Positions 23,898 to 38,127 of a stretch of DNA of 64,000 nucleotides are shown piece by piece (positions within the stretch are counted from its first letter, which is position 1; every line of letters starts with the position of its first letter). Below the pieces are notes generated by a model, which saw only the letters and a list, made by a program, of their open reading frames with translations, made no database searches and was not told where the DNA came from. Source of the DNA: Octopus bimaculoides. Its lineage: Eukaryota. The translations under genes and the position numbers were made by a program. Where the stretch lies: contig NC_068992.1 of assembly GCF_001194135.2 (NCBI RefSeq), forward strand, positions 13,606,200 through 13,670,199. Reading direction: 5' to 3'.

Positions 23898-26846
23898 TTT
23901 TTTAATGGATAAAGCAACGCTTTCCTTTGTTTAAGTAGAAGACAGACGTTGTTACAGCAACGTCAATAGATTATACATCACCTTGACTGGTGCATTATTT
24001 TATCAACCCCGATAGGATAAGCAGTAAATTTAGCCAAAAAATGTAATGATTTGGAACTAATACAAAGCAGTTTTTCAAAGCAGTAATAATTCTGCCATGT
24101 CGCCACCTTTCTTTATTATTACCAGCAGGCACCGTTCAAAGACAAAGGAAAACAACTTTGCATACACGTTACAAAACGCCATTGTCAATATCAGTCAATA
24201 TCATTTAACAGCATTTTTCAGGATGAAGGCATTGCAACTTATTAAGACAGAATAAAATTTTGGATAGATATAGAATGAATAAATAAGTATGTAATAACGC
24301 ACAACAATAAAAAAGAAGGTATTGTTTATAAAATAAGCCCATGAAAACAATATACCACCAATTTTTTGCAGGAGTGAAGTTGAACAAGTTAGTCTGCAAC
24401 TTGGCACGTTTCATCGACTGCATTTCGAGCACTTTGATACTCTCTTGAATATTCTATGTAATTTGACCATATTCCTCACTAAGAAGCATATTCTACATTC
24501 TGTTTTTCTTCTACAATTTGCTTTGGAAGTTAATGAAATTCGTAATTGCTACGGTGTTGTACCCAGTGGCTCTATGAAAATAATGTCATACGTTTTATCT
24601 TTCACATCAAAAGATACTAACAATATTAATAACTGTTTCTTATTGAAGCACAAAGCCTGAAATATGTGATAGTGTATTAATCGAATTCATCGAGGACACA
24701 GTACTTGACATGGTGCGAAACGATGAAAGGCAGAATAGCCTTCCACGTGATTTAAACCTACCCCACATGACCGAAGTATCTGTACCAAAAGCAGTATCTT
24801 TCAAAGATTGTCATGAACAAAAGAAAACCGTAGTGCGGAGATTACAACCATAATTATTCCAAAAATAACAGCTACGTTATGAAATTTGAAAGACTAAACA
24901 GATACAGACAAGCGTAATCAGAACCGCCAGGAATTAGACACATACCAAACATGAAGCAAAATTTCCTTGACACTGCATACATAGTACATATATTGTGTTG
25001 AATATAATAAAACAACATCACCAAGAAAAATGCCTTTGTTTGTGTTCCATTCTTTTCGAGAAATGGAAATACCCTACCAACTGATTGCTAAGATAATTTT
25101 TTTTAGATATTTTATTTTCTTAAAATTGAAAAAAGTGCAATTTGCTTATTCTTTAATTGGATATCACGTTGCTTTTTTTTAAATGCATTTGAATTTGCTG
25201 TTTCATTATATTTTCGTACGTTGCCCGGTGTAAAAAAATAAATGAAACTTACATCAATTATAATGCTATCCATTCCTGTATTTTATATCAGTATTTCGGG
25301 GTTTTTTTCTCTTATATAATTCCCATTGTTCTGTTCAGTTATCCGGCACAGTAACAATGTATTTAAGTTATTTTTCTGTCTCTCCTTATTTGATATAATT
25401 ATAGCAAACATAACTCAAATTCCATTTTCTTTAGTGTAACTCACTTTATCTTAATATCCGAGATAGCTACACCTCCTTCCACTGTCTTTCATAAATTGCT
25501 GCAGTATGTTTAGTTTCTCGGTAGATTTATATTTTCAGTAACTAATTCCTACGAGGGTTGTTGGAATATTATGGTTCGTGTCTGCTTCTCAGGACTGAAC
25601 CGAATGGATAACAAATGCGTTGAGCATTAAGTTATTTACATTAGTGACGTGCGCATAAAAAATTACGATAGGCATATTCTCGCACTCGTAAGATAAGTTT
25701 GTTAGTTTACAATTTTATACACAAACCATGCGTGTGTCATCGGGAAATATAGCTGTTTACACATGTTCACACATGTGGCACAACAATCCTGTTGTACAAG
25801 AAATACTGAACTGCAGACATTTCTATTTGCGTCTTATCTATTTCCTTGCTCTATTTTCCTTCAGTATCACGTCTTGTGAAATGTCTAGACTATCCCACAC
25901 GCATATTCCTCAATACAATTTCAGTTCATTTTATGTCCGCTTCATACTTTTGAAGCTGTAAATAATAATGGATTAAATGCCGATGTTAATTTACTATATT
26001 TTTTTTTATTTTTCATATTTCATACCATTTTTTTTTTTAATGAACAAAAAATTACAGCAGAAGTCAATGAAAGTAGTTGGGCATTTGTGGAAATAAATCT
26101 CAATATCTTTATGTATATTAATGTTGTACAAACTGCGTTATATTTTTATTTACGTTCCGTCATCGTATGAGTTTCTATTTCGGTTATTTTTAGCTTTACC
26201 TGTACAGTATTTCATAAAACTACCGGTAGATGCGCTATGTCTTGCACCAATATTTGAAAACAATATTTAGATTTGTCTCTGGTGTCATATTTAATATGAA
26301 ATAGAGTTAATAAATATACGTACCAATATTTTATTTAATATAATATACAGAGATGGATGACGTCAATTACTTAGTGTCTGGGAATGGATTAAGTTTGCGA
26401 TATTACATGTAATGATATACTAGTACTTGTATACAGTATCGACATTACTTTGTAACAATACATGCTCTACTAAGGCATTCATAAGATCCTTGAGATGACT
26501 GACTATCAGAATATGAGCAGTATGCGAGCAGCTAAATTGTGAGTTCGTATCGCGCTATCGGCCAAATCTCGATATAATGACAAGTAAATGGCCTTGCACA
26601 TGTAAAACACACAGCAACAGAGTTCTATTGAAAGCAGGATTATAAACTCGAGATTGTTCCTGCCTTGTGTTCAGCTCTGTCATTATGACCCTTTTTCTTT
26701 TTATATTTAGTACATTTTTCTGTAAGAATATTTGAATACATAAATAGAGCTAAAAATTAACCAGTTTTGTATAACAATCCACCGGAAATTCTGCTTCTGG
26801 AAGCTAATTGGGCAAAATGTGAAAGTTTTTATAGCATAATGTTTAC

Positions 26847-26943
26847 CAAAAATCTGGCCGTTGCGTTGAGCTCTCGACCAAAGCATTTCATTTCACGTTG
26901 CTCTGCGATCATTTCGTCATCTGACATGTAGCACTCGTTGCAC
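26847..26943 (-). CDS. Candidate internal coding exon (97 nt, phase 2 to 0) of an unidentified gene
   Basis: Acceptor ..ctccctccatcaaatcgacactacctgtacag|G and donor TTG|gtaaac. Open frame CNECYMSDDEMIAEQREMKCFGRELNATARFL. GC/CpG content is clearly above background. No family recognised. Confidence 0.4.
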
Positions 26944-28457
26944 CTGTACAGGTAGTGTCGATTTGATGGAGGGAGTGAGCTTTATGTGTACGCAAACACT
27001 TGATCAATATAAACAAATCGTCTGTGTGGTTGTTCGATAAGAAATTGTCGAACCCTCATGCGTCATATAACGACGGGAGAGTCCATAATATACATATATA
27101 TATATATATATATTGCCATATAGATTCATATAGAGCTTTTCTTTGTTATTGGCTGAACTTNNNNNNNNNNNNNNNNNNNNNNNNNNNNNNNNNNNNNNNN
27201 NNNNNNNNNNNNNNNNNNNNNNNNNNNNNNNNNNNNNNNNNNNNNNNNNNNNNNNNNNNNNNNNNNNNNNNNNNNNNNNNNNNNNNNNNNNNNNNNNNNN
27301 NNNNNNNNNNNNNNNNNNNNNNNNNNNNNNNNNNNNNNNNNNNNNNNNNNNNNNNNNNNNNNNNNNNNNNNNNNNNNNNNNNNNNNNNNNNNNNNNNNNN
27401 NNNNNNNNNNNNNNNNNNNNNNNNNNNNNNNNNNNNNNNNNNNNNNNNNNNNNNNNNNNNNNNNNNNNNNNNNNNNNNNNNNNNNNNNNNNNNNNNNNNN
27501 NNNNNNNNNNNNNNNNNNNNNNNNNNNNNNNNNNNNNNNNNNNNNNNNNNNNNNNNNNNNNNNNNNNNNNNNNNNNNNNNNNNNNNNNNNNNNNNNNNNN
27601 NNNNNNNNNNNNNNNNNNNNNNNNNNNNNNNNNNNNNNNNNNNNNNNNNNNNNNNNNNNNNNNNNNNNNNNNNNNNNNNNNNNNNNNNNNNNNNNNNNNN
27701 NNNNNNNNNNNNNNNNNNNNNNNNNNNNNNNNNNNNNNNNNNNNNNNNNNNNNNNNNNNNNNNNNNNNNNNNNNNNNNNNNNNNNNNNNNNNNNNNNNNN
27801 NNNNNNNNNNNNNNNNNNNNNNNNNNNNNNNNNNNNNNNNNNNNNNNNNNNNNNNNNNNNNNNNNNNNNNNNNNNNNNNNNNNNNNNNNNNNNNNNNNNN
27901 NNNNNNNNNNNNNNNNNNNNNNNNNNNNNNNNNNNNNNNNNNNNNNNNNNNNNNNNNNNNNGTCATATAACGACGGGAGAGTCCATAATATACATATATA
28001 TATATATATATATTTATGTACATACATATACATACACATGTATATATATTCATATATGTACAGATATATTTATCTATCATTCTATCAATCTATAAATATA
28101 TATAAATAAAAGGTTACTACCACCTCAGATTTGCTTGGGGCACACACACACACTCTCACACATACACACACAAACACACACACACACACACACACACAAA
28201 CGCAAGTAAATATATGTATACTGCAAGCATAATACTGTTTGCATTTGAAATTAACGCGTTTACGCATCCTCGTTATTTGGAAAAATTTTACTGCAGTAAT
28301 TCGCCTACTTGTCTTCGAAGAGTATTTCTTCTTGAGAATGTTTGTAAAACCAAACTGAGTTGTGAATGATATTATAGGATTATATATATATATATATATA
28401 TATATGGAGAGAGAGAGAGAGANNNNNNNNNNGAGAGAGGGGGGGAGATAGAGAGAT

Positions 28458-28488
<31 letters not shown>

Positions 28489-29731
28489 CAGATAGAAGCA
28501 TGGATTCAGAGACTAAGGGAAAGATACATGCAAGGGAACATATGTACATGTACACACATATTCATTCTTATAACCGCGCGTGTTCAGGGGGGAGATATTC
28601 ATATATTGTGTTGTTCACATTCTGAAACGTTATTTAATCTTTTTGAAATATTAGTTATCATAATATTTGGTGAAAAGTATGCAAAAAGATATTTCCTTTA
28701 CTTTCTACCTGAAATGTATCAAAACTGTTCTAGAATTCTACGAGAAATCATATATAAATAAATGTACGGAATGTAAAAAAGAAAGTTAAATATATGAGAA
28801 ATCCCGAAGACATAAGAAATAATTGCACTCATCCAATACAAACTCTATTTCAATTATTTGTTGTGACGTATACAATTCTACCTTGTGTGGTTCACTAGAT
28901 TTTTCTCTTTTTAATTTATTTATTTTCATGTTTGTGGTTTTTGTGAAGCTATTCTGCAGACTGAAGAATTTCATTAAAGCTCTTTGGCATTTACTCAACT
29001 GTAATAAATCAGATCTAATCATATACATTTCATTAGATGCTAGAAAGTCTACAGCTTAAGAAACTGTTGCCTTTTGATCAATAGATAAATAATTCATCAC
29101 CACCTCCATCTTAATGTTATTAAGGAAACATATTATTGATAAGCTCTTATCTCCTTTAGCCTATATTGTGTGTTTTCGTATTCACTCTGTTTTGTTTTTT
29201 TTCACCATTTTATTAGGTTCTTGCGATTTATTTTTCATTTCTTCGTTTGTTTAGCTTTGCGTTTGGTTTTCACTTTCCATAGTAAATCTTAGATTTTTTC
29301 CTGAGATTACTTACTATGTAAGAACAAAATCTAATATTAAGCTACGAATCCTAATAACAGTATCTGATTAGAAGTATTATATCAACGCTACCTTAATGTT
29401 TCTATACTGTAAATTGTGCAAGGATTTATGTTCAAGAAACCTAGCTTGTATTTATCATATAAATTAAAACGTTTGGATTGCAGAAAACAAACATTTATAT
29501 ATCAACTGCGTATGAATTATTTCGGACAAACTTCACGAGTACAGCACAGCTATTTTCGTGAGCAGGGTTATCATAAAATAGCGCCTAACGAATCGCTTAA
29601 ATTCATTGGTTGATGATTAATCCTAGATAGAAGAGGAATATCGATTAAATGTTCTTAATTTTTTAACCTGTACTTCCTTATCTACCAGAAGGAATTTTTT
29701 TGTTAAATACATTAACTCTATCAGTTAGAAA

Positions 29732-29930
29732 TAGGTGAGCTTGCTGAAACGTTAGCACACTACACAATGTTCTTAACGGCATTTCGTCAGTCTTTATGTT
29801 CTAAGATCGTTTTCCACCAAATCGACATTGCGTTTCCTCCTATCGGATAAGATGAAATAAGCAATGAGATCAACGTAATCGACTAGACTTCTCCCAAAAT
29901 ATTGCAGACCATGTGTCTATGATAGAAAGG
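29732..29930 (+). mobile_element. SINE family A copy (diverged)
   Basis: ggtgagcttgctgaaacgttagcacac..cggcatttcgtcagtctttatgttct..gtaatcgactagac. Confidence 0.75.
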
Positions 29931-31055
29931 ATAATATGTATCTGTTAAGTGACGTATATAAAATCTTGAAGAAGTGTTTTGGCTCAAGTATATAGGCCGT
30001 TGTGGTAAATGTTTTATTTACTGTGTAATTTTACTAATAACATTGTCGTTATTGTTATAGTGCATCCCCAGATCGGCCGTATTAACGCTCAACAGTCAAA
30101 TATACGTCAGCCGTACTCAGCCCGTGTTTTACCAGGCTAGTATACGACCTTTTTACTTTATTAGTACGGAATATGAGCTGAAGCAAATTCATCTGCTAGT
30201 TCTAGCAGGTTAATACACCACATAAAGATTTCATAAATGACTAATTGCTTTAGAAGACAATATGCACAGCATCATTCATTCATTCACATATATATATTCG
30301 TGCACACACACACATGTGTCTGTATGCATGTGTGGGTATGTGTGTGTCTGAATGTATAAATATAATCAGGCAGGACAATATACGAGTGTGATCATGGCCT
30401 TCTTTCTGGCTACAAGTATTTGAAAATGGCTACATCTGTATTTTTGAAGTCTTTATCGCTCCGTTTGCTAGTATAAATTATATACCTAGGATTGTGATTT
30501 AATCAATAGCATAATATTTGCAATTGTTCGAAGCAAAATTATGAATATTAGATTCTAAGCTGATTCTCACTTTCTCACTTTGGTATAATTTCCAAACACA
30601 GGTGTTCCACGAATTCCAGCTGTCTTGGATCAGACATCGATGTTGTCGTGTCTATAGTAACAACTAAGTTTTTAGAGTAAGCAATTTTACAAATCCTAAT
30701 GTTTATTTAGCACTTATTATAACAGTAATTGAGAGATGGAAAAGCAACGCCAGTCTCATTCAAATTAAACAAAAATAGAGAAAGTAACCAAATTATAATC
30801 GGCTGAACATAGAGAGATATTTCTGCGTGTCAAAGGGAATATGTTTCTAGTATTTGATACCTCGTTAATGAACCAAAATATGCAGAAAAAATATATGGCC
30901 ATACCATAGAGATATTTATACCATACAAAATGCAGCAATATTATTTGGTATATATATTACGTAGATTCTTGCTAATGCAAAATAGGGGTAGTTTATCCTG
31001 TTCAGGCTATATTATCAGCATTATTCTGCGATTGATAATTCAAAATCACTTCTTT

Positions 31056-31070
31056 AATAATAATAATAAC

Positions 31071-31102
<32 letters not shown>

Positions 31103-31722
31103 TATGCACAAGACCAGGATTTTTATGGGAAGGGGTAGAGTCGATCACATTCACCCCAGTATTCAACCGGTACTTAATTTATCGACCTCGAAATCATGAA
31201 AGATAAGGCGATCTCAGTGGTATTTGAACTCAGAACGTAGGGCTGGGCGAAACACTGTTAGGCATTTCGTCCGACACGCAAACGACTCGCCGCCTTTATA
31301 ATGATAATAATAACAATAATAATAATAATTTTGACACGAGATCAGCAAGTTCAGGAGGAAAGGGTAAGTCGATTACATTGGCCGCAGTGTTCAACTGCTA
31401 CTTATTTTATCGACCCCGAAAGGATGAAAGGCAAAGTCAACCTTGCCGGAATTTTAATTCAGAAAGTAAAGACTGAGTAAATATGACTTAGATTTAATCC
31501 GTCCTGCTAACGATTCTGTCAGCTCGCTAGCAGATTTTTTAATGGAGGGGGTAATTGATTCCATTTACCCCTCGCCTGTTAATTGAAATGTAATAGTTTA
31601 TCGACCCCTAATGGACGAAAGGTGAATTCTACGTCGGTAGAATTTGATCACAGAACGGAAAGACGGTCGAAATATTGCTAAGCCTATTGTCCGGCATCCT
31701 AAGAATTTTGTCAACTCGCTGA

Positions 31723-31783
<61 letters not shown>
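31056..31783 (-). mobile_element. Three tandem same-orientation SINE family A copies; (AAT)n at both ends and between copies 1 and 2
   Basis: Copies lie at about 31103-31297, 31331-31530 and 31538-31720. Each carries tatcgacc..gaaa..gaaag..cagaa(c/a)g..ctcgc. Confidence 0.85.
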
Positions 31784-31784
<1 letters not shown>

Positions 31785-32961
31785 TGCTAAATCTAAAATG
31801 TAGCATCACCAATAGCACAACCAATATTATGAACAACATAATCAACTAAAACAATAAAAACATCCATTAATCAAAGTTTCTTTAACATTTAATATTTCAT
31901 GAAATTTAACATTTCTTTTTGTGAATGTTTTTTTTTTATTTAAAAATAGAGATTAACTTATTTTATTAATTAAGATCCCGAGCTAGTTAATTATTATAAC
32001 GATAAAGAAACAACTCCCACCTATGTTAATACCTCATTAGTTAGGTTGTCATGGAAATACCGTTTCTATCTTTGGCCTTGCAATCTTAGGTTGACTTGTC
32101 AAAGCAATGCAGCGAATTAATATCATCTAATTTGTTCTCTCTCCGAAAGACATTTTCTTCGTTCTTTCATTGTTTCACTATTGTTACTCAAAAAAATCTT
32201 TGACCGTCTAGACTATTGTTTTACCAATGGCTTCTCCTCTATACAAACACAACGACAAAACAACAGAATTTCCACAGTCGTTTTGTTGTCTGTCTTCTGG
32301 ACTCATACATTACTTTTTTGAATAATGATTGAAGCTAAATACCTATAATGTTGCTGTTGTTGTTTTGGTTTTGGTTTTCCTTTCACGATTTTCAATTAAT
32401 TTTCTTTGAATAATTTAAACAAAATAATTTTAACAAAATAATTTAAACAAAATTTTTCATTATTCTCTTCTACAAATACATAAAAACATAATGAACGCGC
32501 TTCTCTATACAGACATGAATTGTAAAGCAAGTCTGCATATTCCTTTCACTCAAACATGCCACAAAATGTAACAGGTTAAATATATATATATATTTAAACC
32601 TTTGTTTTGAATGATTACTTATCTGTGAAAGTAATTGCTTGAGTGATTATTAAAATGGTTTTGAAATCGATCGTTTTCTTTCTTTTTTTTTTGTTTTGTT
32701 AATATTGAACTGAAATTCGATATCTCGTATACCCAATTCAAGGTCTATACAGACATAGGTATAAGTATCCATAATTATATAGCCATACACAAACCCACAT
32801 ATTTATATGCGAGTGAGTGTGCAGCTCTGCTGTTAACATTACTTCCCGCTCAGTGTCAGCGTGCAGCACCTTCGGCAAGTGAATTATTTTATAGCCCTAA
32901 CATGTGTGGGAACTTAACATACGGAAACGCTGTGGAAGTCCACACACACGCATATATATAT

Positions 32962-33004
<43 letters not shown>

Positions 33005-36000
33005 ACATACATACATACATACCTACATACCTGTACGTATATATGCATGCGCGCCTGTGTTTGCGCTGCACCCAACATTCCAAACCAGAAGTACTAAAAG
33101 TAAGAATTATTTTTCAGGCCGATTTGCTCGATAAATCCCCCAAGGTGCCGTCGAAGAATCATCGCAATTAAATAACTAAAACAAGGGAGATAAAAAGAAA
33201 CGTTTTTGGAGTTGATTAAGTGGCACCTTTTCAGCGTTCGACGCTATATCTTGTTGTGTTCCTTAAGTTTGTGTAAAATCTGTACATACACTATGTGTGT
33301 ATATTCATATTTGTGTGTATATTCATATTTGTGTGTATATTCATATATGTGCGTGCGTGTGTGTATTGTTATCTATTTATTTATTTATCTATATATAGAT
33401 ATATTCACATATACAACGAGACAGACTTACACACTCATATATTCATACACGCACACACACAGGCGCAAACGCACACACTTTCAAAAACACACACATGCAC
33501 AAACGCACAATGGTCAGAACTGACTGACATATTACCACTAGCACAATGTTTACCTCACGTATACACACGGGCATGCGTGAATGTGAGGTAAATATTTGTG
33601 CTGTTGGCAATATAATATTCACTGAGTACAATATTACGTCATTGGACCTTCGAATGTCTAAGAAGACGCCTTCCCGTATATCATCCGATTAGGAGGGTTA
33701 TCAGAAGCTTAGCAGGAAATTTCTCAAAAATGTTGTAAACAGAGGATAATGTAAACAGTCGCCTTGTAATAGATGACAGATAGATAGGCTTTTACTTCAA
33801 CTGGAAATTCTAAAATTGTACCTCATATGTTTTTGCATTTTATATTCCTCGCTAGAGAAACAGGAGGAAACTTGTTTACATACTTTAATCATGTCAGCCG
33901 GAGGCTTGTTAGAATGCAATGACGTATATTGTTTCGTCTTTGCGGTTGCGTTTCATTCAGAAAAGTCTGGATTTATTGAACAAATTTATGTCAGACCAAA
34001 TCGAATCATGGTGTATACCGCTGTGACTAAAGGAATGAGAATCGACTTTTGCAGTTTAGAAAGCTTAATTAGTACGTAACAGTTTTGCCAAGTAACGAGC
34101 AACTTAGATTACACAGTAACTGAAAATATCTGTAGTATATGTACACTTTTACTCTATCTATAACAAAGTATTCGTGAATGATTTTTTTATAACAAACATC
34201 TTTTAACTTTCTGTTTCGGTTTTTTCTTTCTTTCTTTCTTTCTTGAGAGTTCTAAATCGGGTTTCTGGCGACGAGCAACCAGTATTTCCGTCGTTTTATC
34301 GCTGATGATCTGGTATGCTATATGACATTGATATAGACTCTATTATGAGATAAAAGTGATGCGTGGTGCAGCGATGGTCTGTGTAATGTTTCGCAAATGA
34401 ACAACGGAAACCGAGCACCAGTTTACACGTTCATTGATTACAATATAATATCAGTTTCACGGAGTAAATGAAAATAACCTCATAGTTCGCATTTCTTTTG
34501 ACATCAATGCATACAAAAAGAAATCTGCTTTGTCATGCGATACAAAATTTTCCGATAAAATTCAGTTCATTTGTACTTAGTAAAGGAATTTATCTTTCAA
34601 CAACATCGTGCCTTAATCAGTTTCAGTGTTTATTAATCATGGTCATTATTTAATGTAATTTTCAAGCATCATTGTGCATGTTCGTTATCGTTTAATGTTA
34701 ATTAACTACACCCACTTAATCTTGCATCTTTATCAGAAATATTTCCAATCTTTCATCATCAGTATTGGTTTTACACCGTATCTCGCTAAACCAGATTAAA
34801 TTGAATATCGAGTTATGCTAAAACACTTTATTTCTGTATCACTCGCATATATCTTTCCCAATATCCATCTCACATGCCATATTTCGTTGTAGGCTGTCCA
34901 GGTTTCAGTTTTCTCGAAAAACCAAAATATCATTTATTAATAAGCGCGGTCGCAAGAAACACTGCCAAAATATTAAACACAAAACTTATTCGTAAGCGTC
35001 ATAATCCATTAATTATTAAGTAGCATTAATGAATTACGAAGAAAAGATCAAGTAAATAGCCTCAACTGTTCTATATCAAACAGCAATTTCGATATAGACA
35101 GCGGAAGATAAAGTTATACAGCAATGGACACCTTGTTATTTCAACGTTCACACTGCATTGCTATCGTTGCGACTGGGTGTGGTTTATGAAGTTGATTACA
35201 AACAACACGCAGAAAGGCAATAGGACACGAATTAGCTGCCATTCATTAAGGTGTGCAAAATTTTAATATTGCCTGCTGTAACGATAGAAAAGGATCCGAT
35301 ACAACAGTGAAACAAGCAATGTAAACTTGACGAATCCTCCAGGAGAAGGCAATGCTTATAGAAATCCTTAAACCAATTTTAGCCACATCTAAGACATTAT
35401 ATCACTGGTTGCTTCTAGAAATAGTGAATACATATTAAGAATGTGAACGTGTCTCGTCTTGAACCATTTCTGTATAGACTGCGATGTATAAAAGCAGCTG
35501 CTTCATCCGTTTCACAAGAGCAAGAAGGAAGAAATAAGGTTAAGAAGAGGAGAACACAGACCCTAATAATAAATTGTCAATCGGTAATACTACGAGCCTG
35601 ACTATTTAGAATGTCCCCTTTCCGCCAAACGTATTGATTTTCGTCTATATCCAGTAATATATCTTATAAAATTAATACTATACAACAGGAAATGATAAAG
35701 GCTATAGTTTGTAATGTGCTATATCACAACGTCTATCCATAACACTTGCGCTTTAACTTACAGCAAGGCATCACGAAAACATTAGCTTCAATCATCGACA
35801 TGCTAAGTAAAACGCCTACGTATCTCTCACATCTCATCCCTCGTTTGATACTAAATATAAATTGCTTCCATGAGATCACCTACAAGCAACACTAGCCATG
35901 TATATGATGGTTATTTTTATCATGTTTTCAGTACAATGACGTTACGATTTGGATTCACACCTCCGTCACAATTCGACAATAGATCTTGCCATGCTTATGC

Positions 36001-36289
36001 AGCTAGCATTACATAAGCATTAATCAACTGTATTGCTGACAGACGATGAAACTAAATGCATAGAATAAATATCTCAGCGATTGTATTTATATATGTGTGT
36101 TTATATGCTCAAGAGTGTACATGCGTATGCGCGTGTGCATGTGTGTGCATATAGGATTTTATGCGTGTATGGATATATACACCGAAATCAAGGCAGCCAT
36201 CAGTGTGAAAATAATTTCAATACGGAGCAAGTAATTTTTCTCGTGAATTATTCATATAATTCCTACCAGGAATAAGACCGAATCTGAGC

Positions 36290-36470
36290 CAACAAAGGGA
36301 TTAAGTCCATTATATTGACCCCAGTGTGTAACTGGTACTTATTTAATCGACCCCGAAAGGATGAAAGGCAGAGTTGACCTCGGTGGAATTTTAACTCAGA
36401 ACGTAAAGGCAGACGAAATACAATTAGTCAGTTCGCCCGGCGTGCTAACGATTCTGCCTGCTCGCTGCCC
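36290..36470 (-). mobile_element. SINE family A copy
   Basis: gaccccagtgtgtaactggtacttatttaatcgaccccgaaaggatgaaaggcagagttgacctcgg..cgtgctaacgattctgcctgctcgc. Confidence 0.9.
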
Positions 36471-37391
36471 TGAAGTGACTAAAATATTGAACATGGTCTT
36501 TCACTGAGTTGCGCGTAAATGATTTGAGGATCAAATTTCTCGTGTAGCATCTAACATACGTATTGTATTGAATTCAATGTTTATTTATGTTTCTAGACTC
36601 TGTATTGTAGGAATAGTTTGGCTTGCTGGCGAGAGGCATATTATGTCATTATTTATTATGATTTGGTTGATTCTGCCATTTAACAATATCCTAGTGATTA
36701 AAATATTCGACATCGACTCTAACTAAACCATTGATGAAACATCATACACACACCCCTTATCATTAATCAGCAGCGCTGTATCTGAAACAGGTGTAGTTTT
36801 ATTTACAGTTACTCTACATACAACAATTCTCTGATTACAAACAACACGTTTAAATAGTAAATTGTGCAGTTATATATTGTAACCAAATCTACATAAAATA
36901 ACGCGGACCCAAATATTTAAGATTATTTTTTTACTTCCCTACTCATAGGAAACATACGGGATTACCGCGGCTGAATTGCCTTCAATCGCAGGTCGGTAGG
37001 CTAAATCTAAACTACTACGGCTACAAACTCAGTTGTTACTACTGCTAAAATTCTTTGAGAACTATCTTGTATGAGACTACTCGCAAATATACCATAATTA
37101 TTTTCACCATGTCTCTACTAGCTGTCATGAAAACCGATATTTCATAATTATGTTATAAACTATATAATATTATATCGCAAGCGAAAAGTATCTCACTGCT
37201 TTCAACCAATCTATAAGGTAAATATTTAAAATTAATTATTTCTATTAATATTCCCCGATACGAAATCTCTGCTATTTTGGTTAGCTATAGTCATATTTTG
37301 TAGTACAAATGTTATAAATGGGTGAAAGGTTTGCAATGTATATTTAATCATATACAGAGATTCGTTTGTAGATATTTGTACACATCTGTAT

Positions 37392-37771
37392 TTTGGCACT
37401 ACGTCGCCTACGACGTCGAGGGTTCCAGTTGATCCGATCAACGGAACAGCCTGCCCGTGGGATTAATGTGCAAGTGGCTGAGCACTCCACAGACACGCGT
37501 ACCCTTAACGTAGTTCTCGGGGATATTCAGCGTGACACAGTGTGACAAGGCTGACCCTTTCAATTACAGGCACAACAGAAACAGGAAGTAAGAGTGAGAG
37601 AAAGTTGTGGTGAAAGAGTACAGCAGCGTTCGCCACCATCCCCTGCCGGAACCTCGTTGGGCTTTATGTGTTTTCGCTCAATAAGCACTCACACGTCCGG
37701 TCTGGGAATCGCAGCCACGATCCTATGACCGTGAGTCCGCTGCCCTCACCACTGGGTCATTGCACCTCCAC
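37392..37771 (-). mobile_element. tRNA-derived SINE family C, apparently full length
   Basis: The reverse complement begins gtggaggtgcaatgacccagtggtgagggcagcggactc..ggctgcgattcccagacc (A/B boxes) and ends ..caggctgttccgttgatcggatcaactggaaccctcgacgtcg..gtgcca. Its tail recurs at 55740. Confidence 0.85.
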
Positions 37772-38127
37772 TTTGTACACATCTAACTAGGAATTAAATG
37801 ACACATTATCTATACTGAGGTATCCTTTTACTAGAGGTAAAATACTCGATTGGATTAGATATTTGACATTTTGTAGTTTTGGCCCTCAGTTCAATTAAAT
37901 TACAAATACGTTTTCATTCCTTTGGGGACATTGTGTGCTGCAGCAGCAGTTATCAATCGCGTATTGATTTAATAATATCAATGGCTAAATCTTGTGTTTT
38001 ACACCACGTGTACCGGTATATTCTGTATCCAATGTTAGACGAAGATAGCGGGGCTAAATATCGCTTTGGAATGGAATCTGCCTGAAAGTCTTAATTTGAG
38101 AGAGAGGGATAGTTATTCATAATATGA

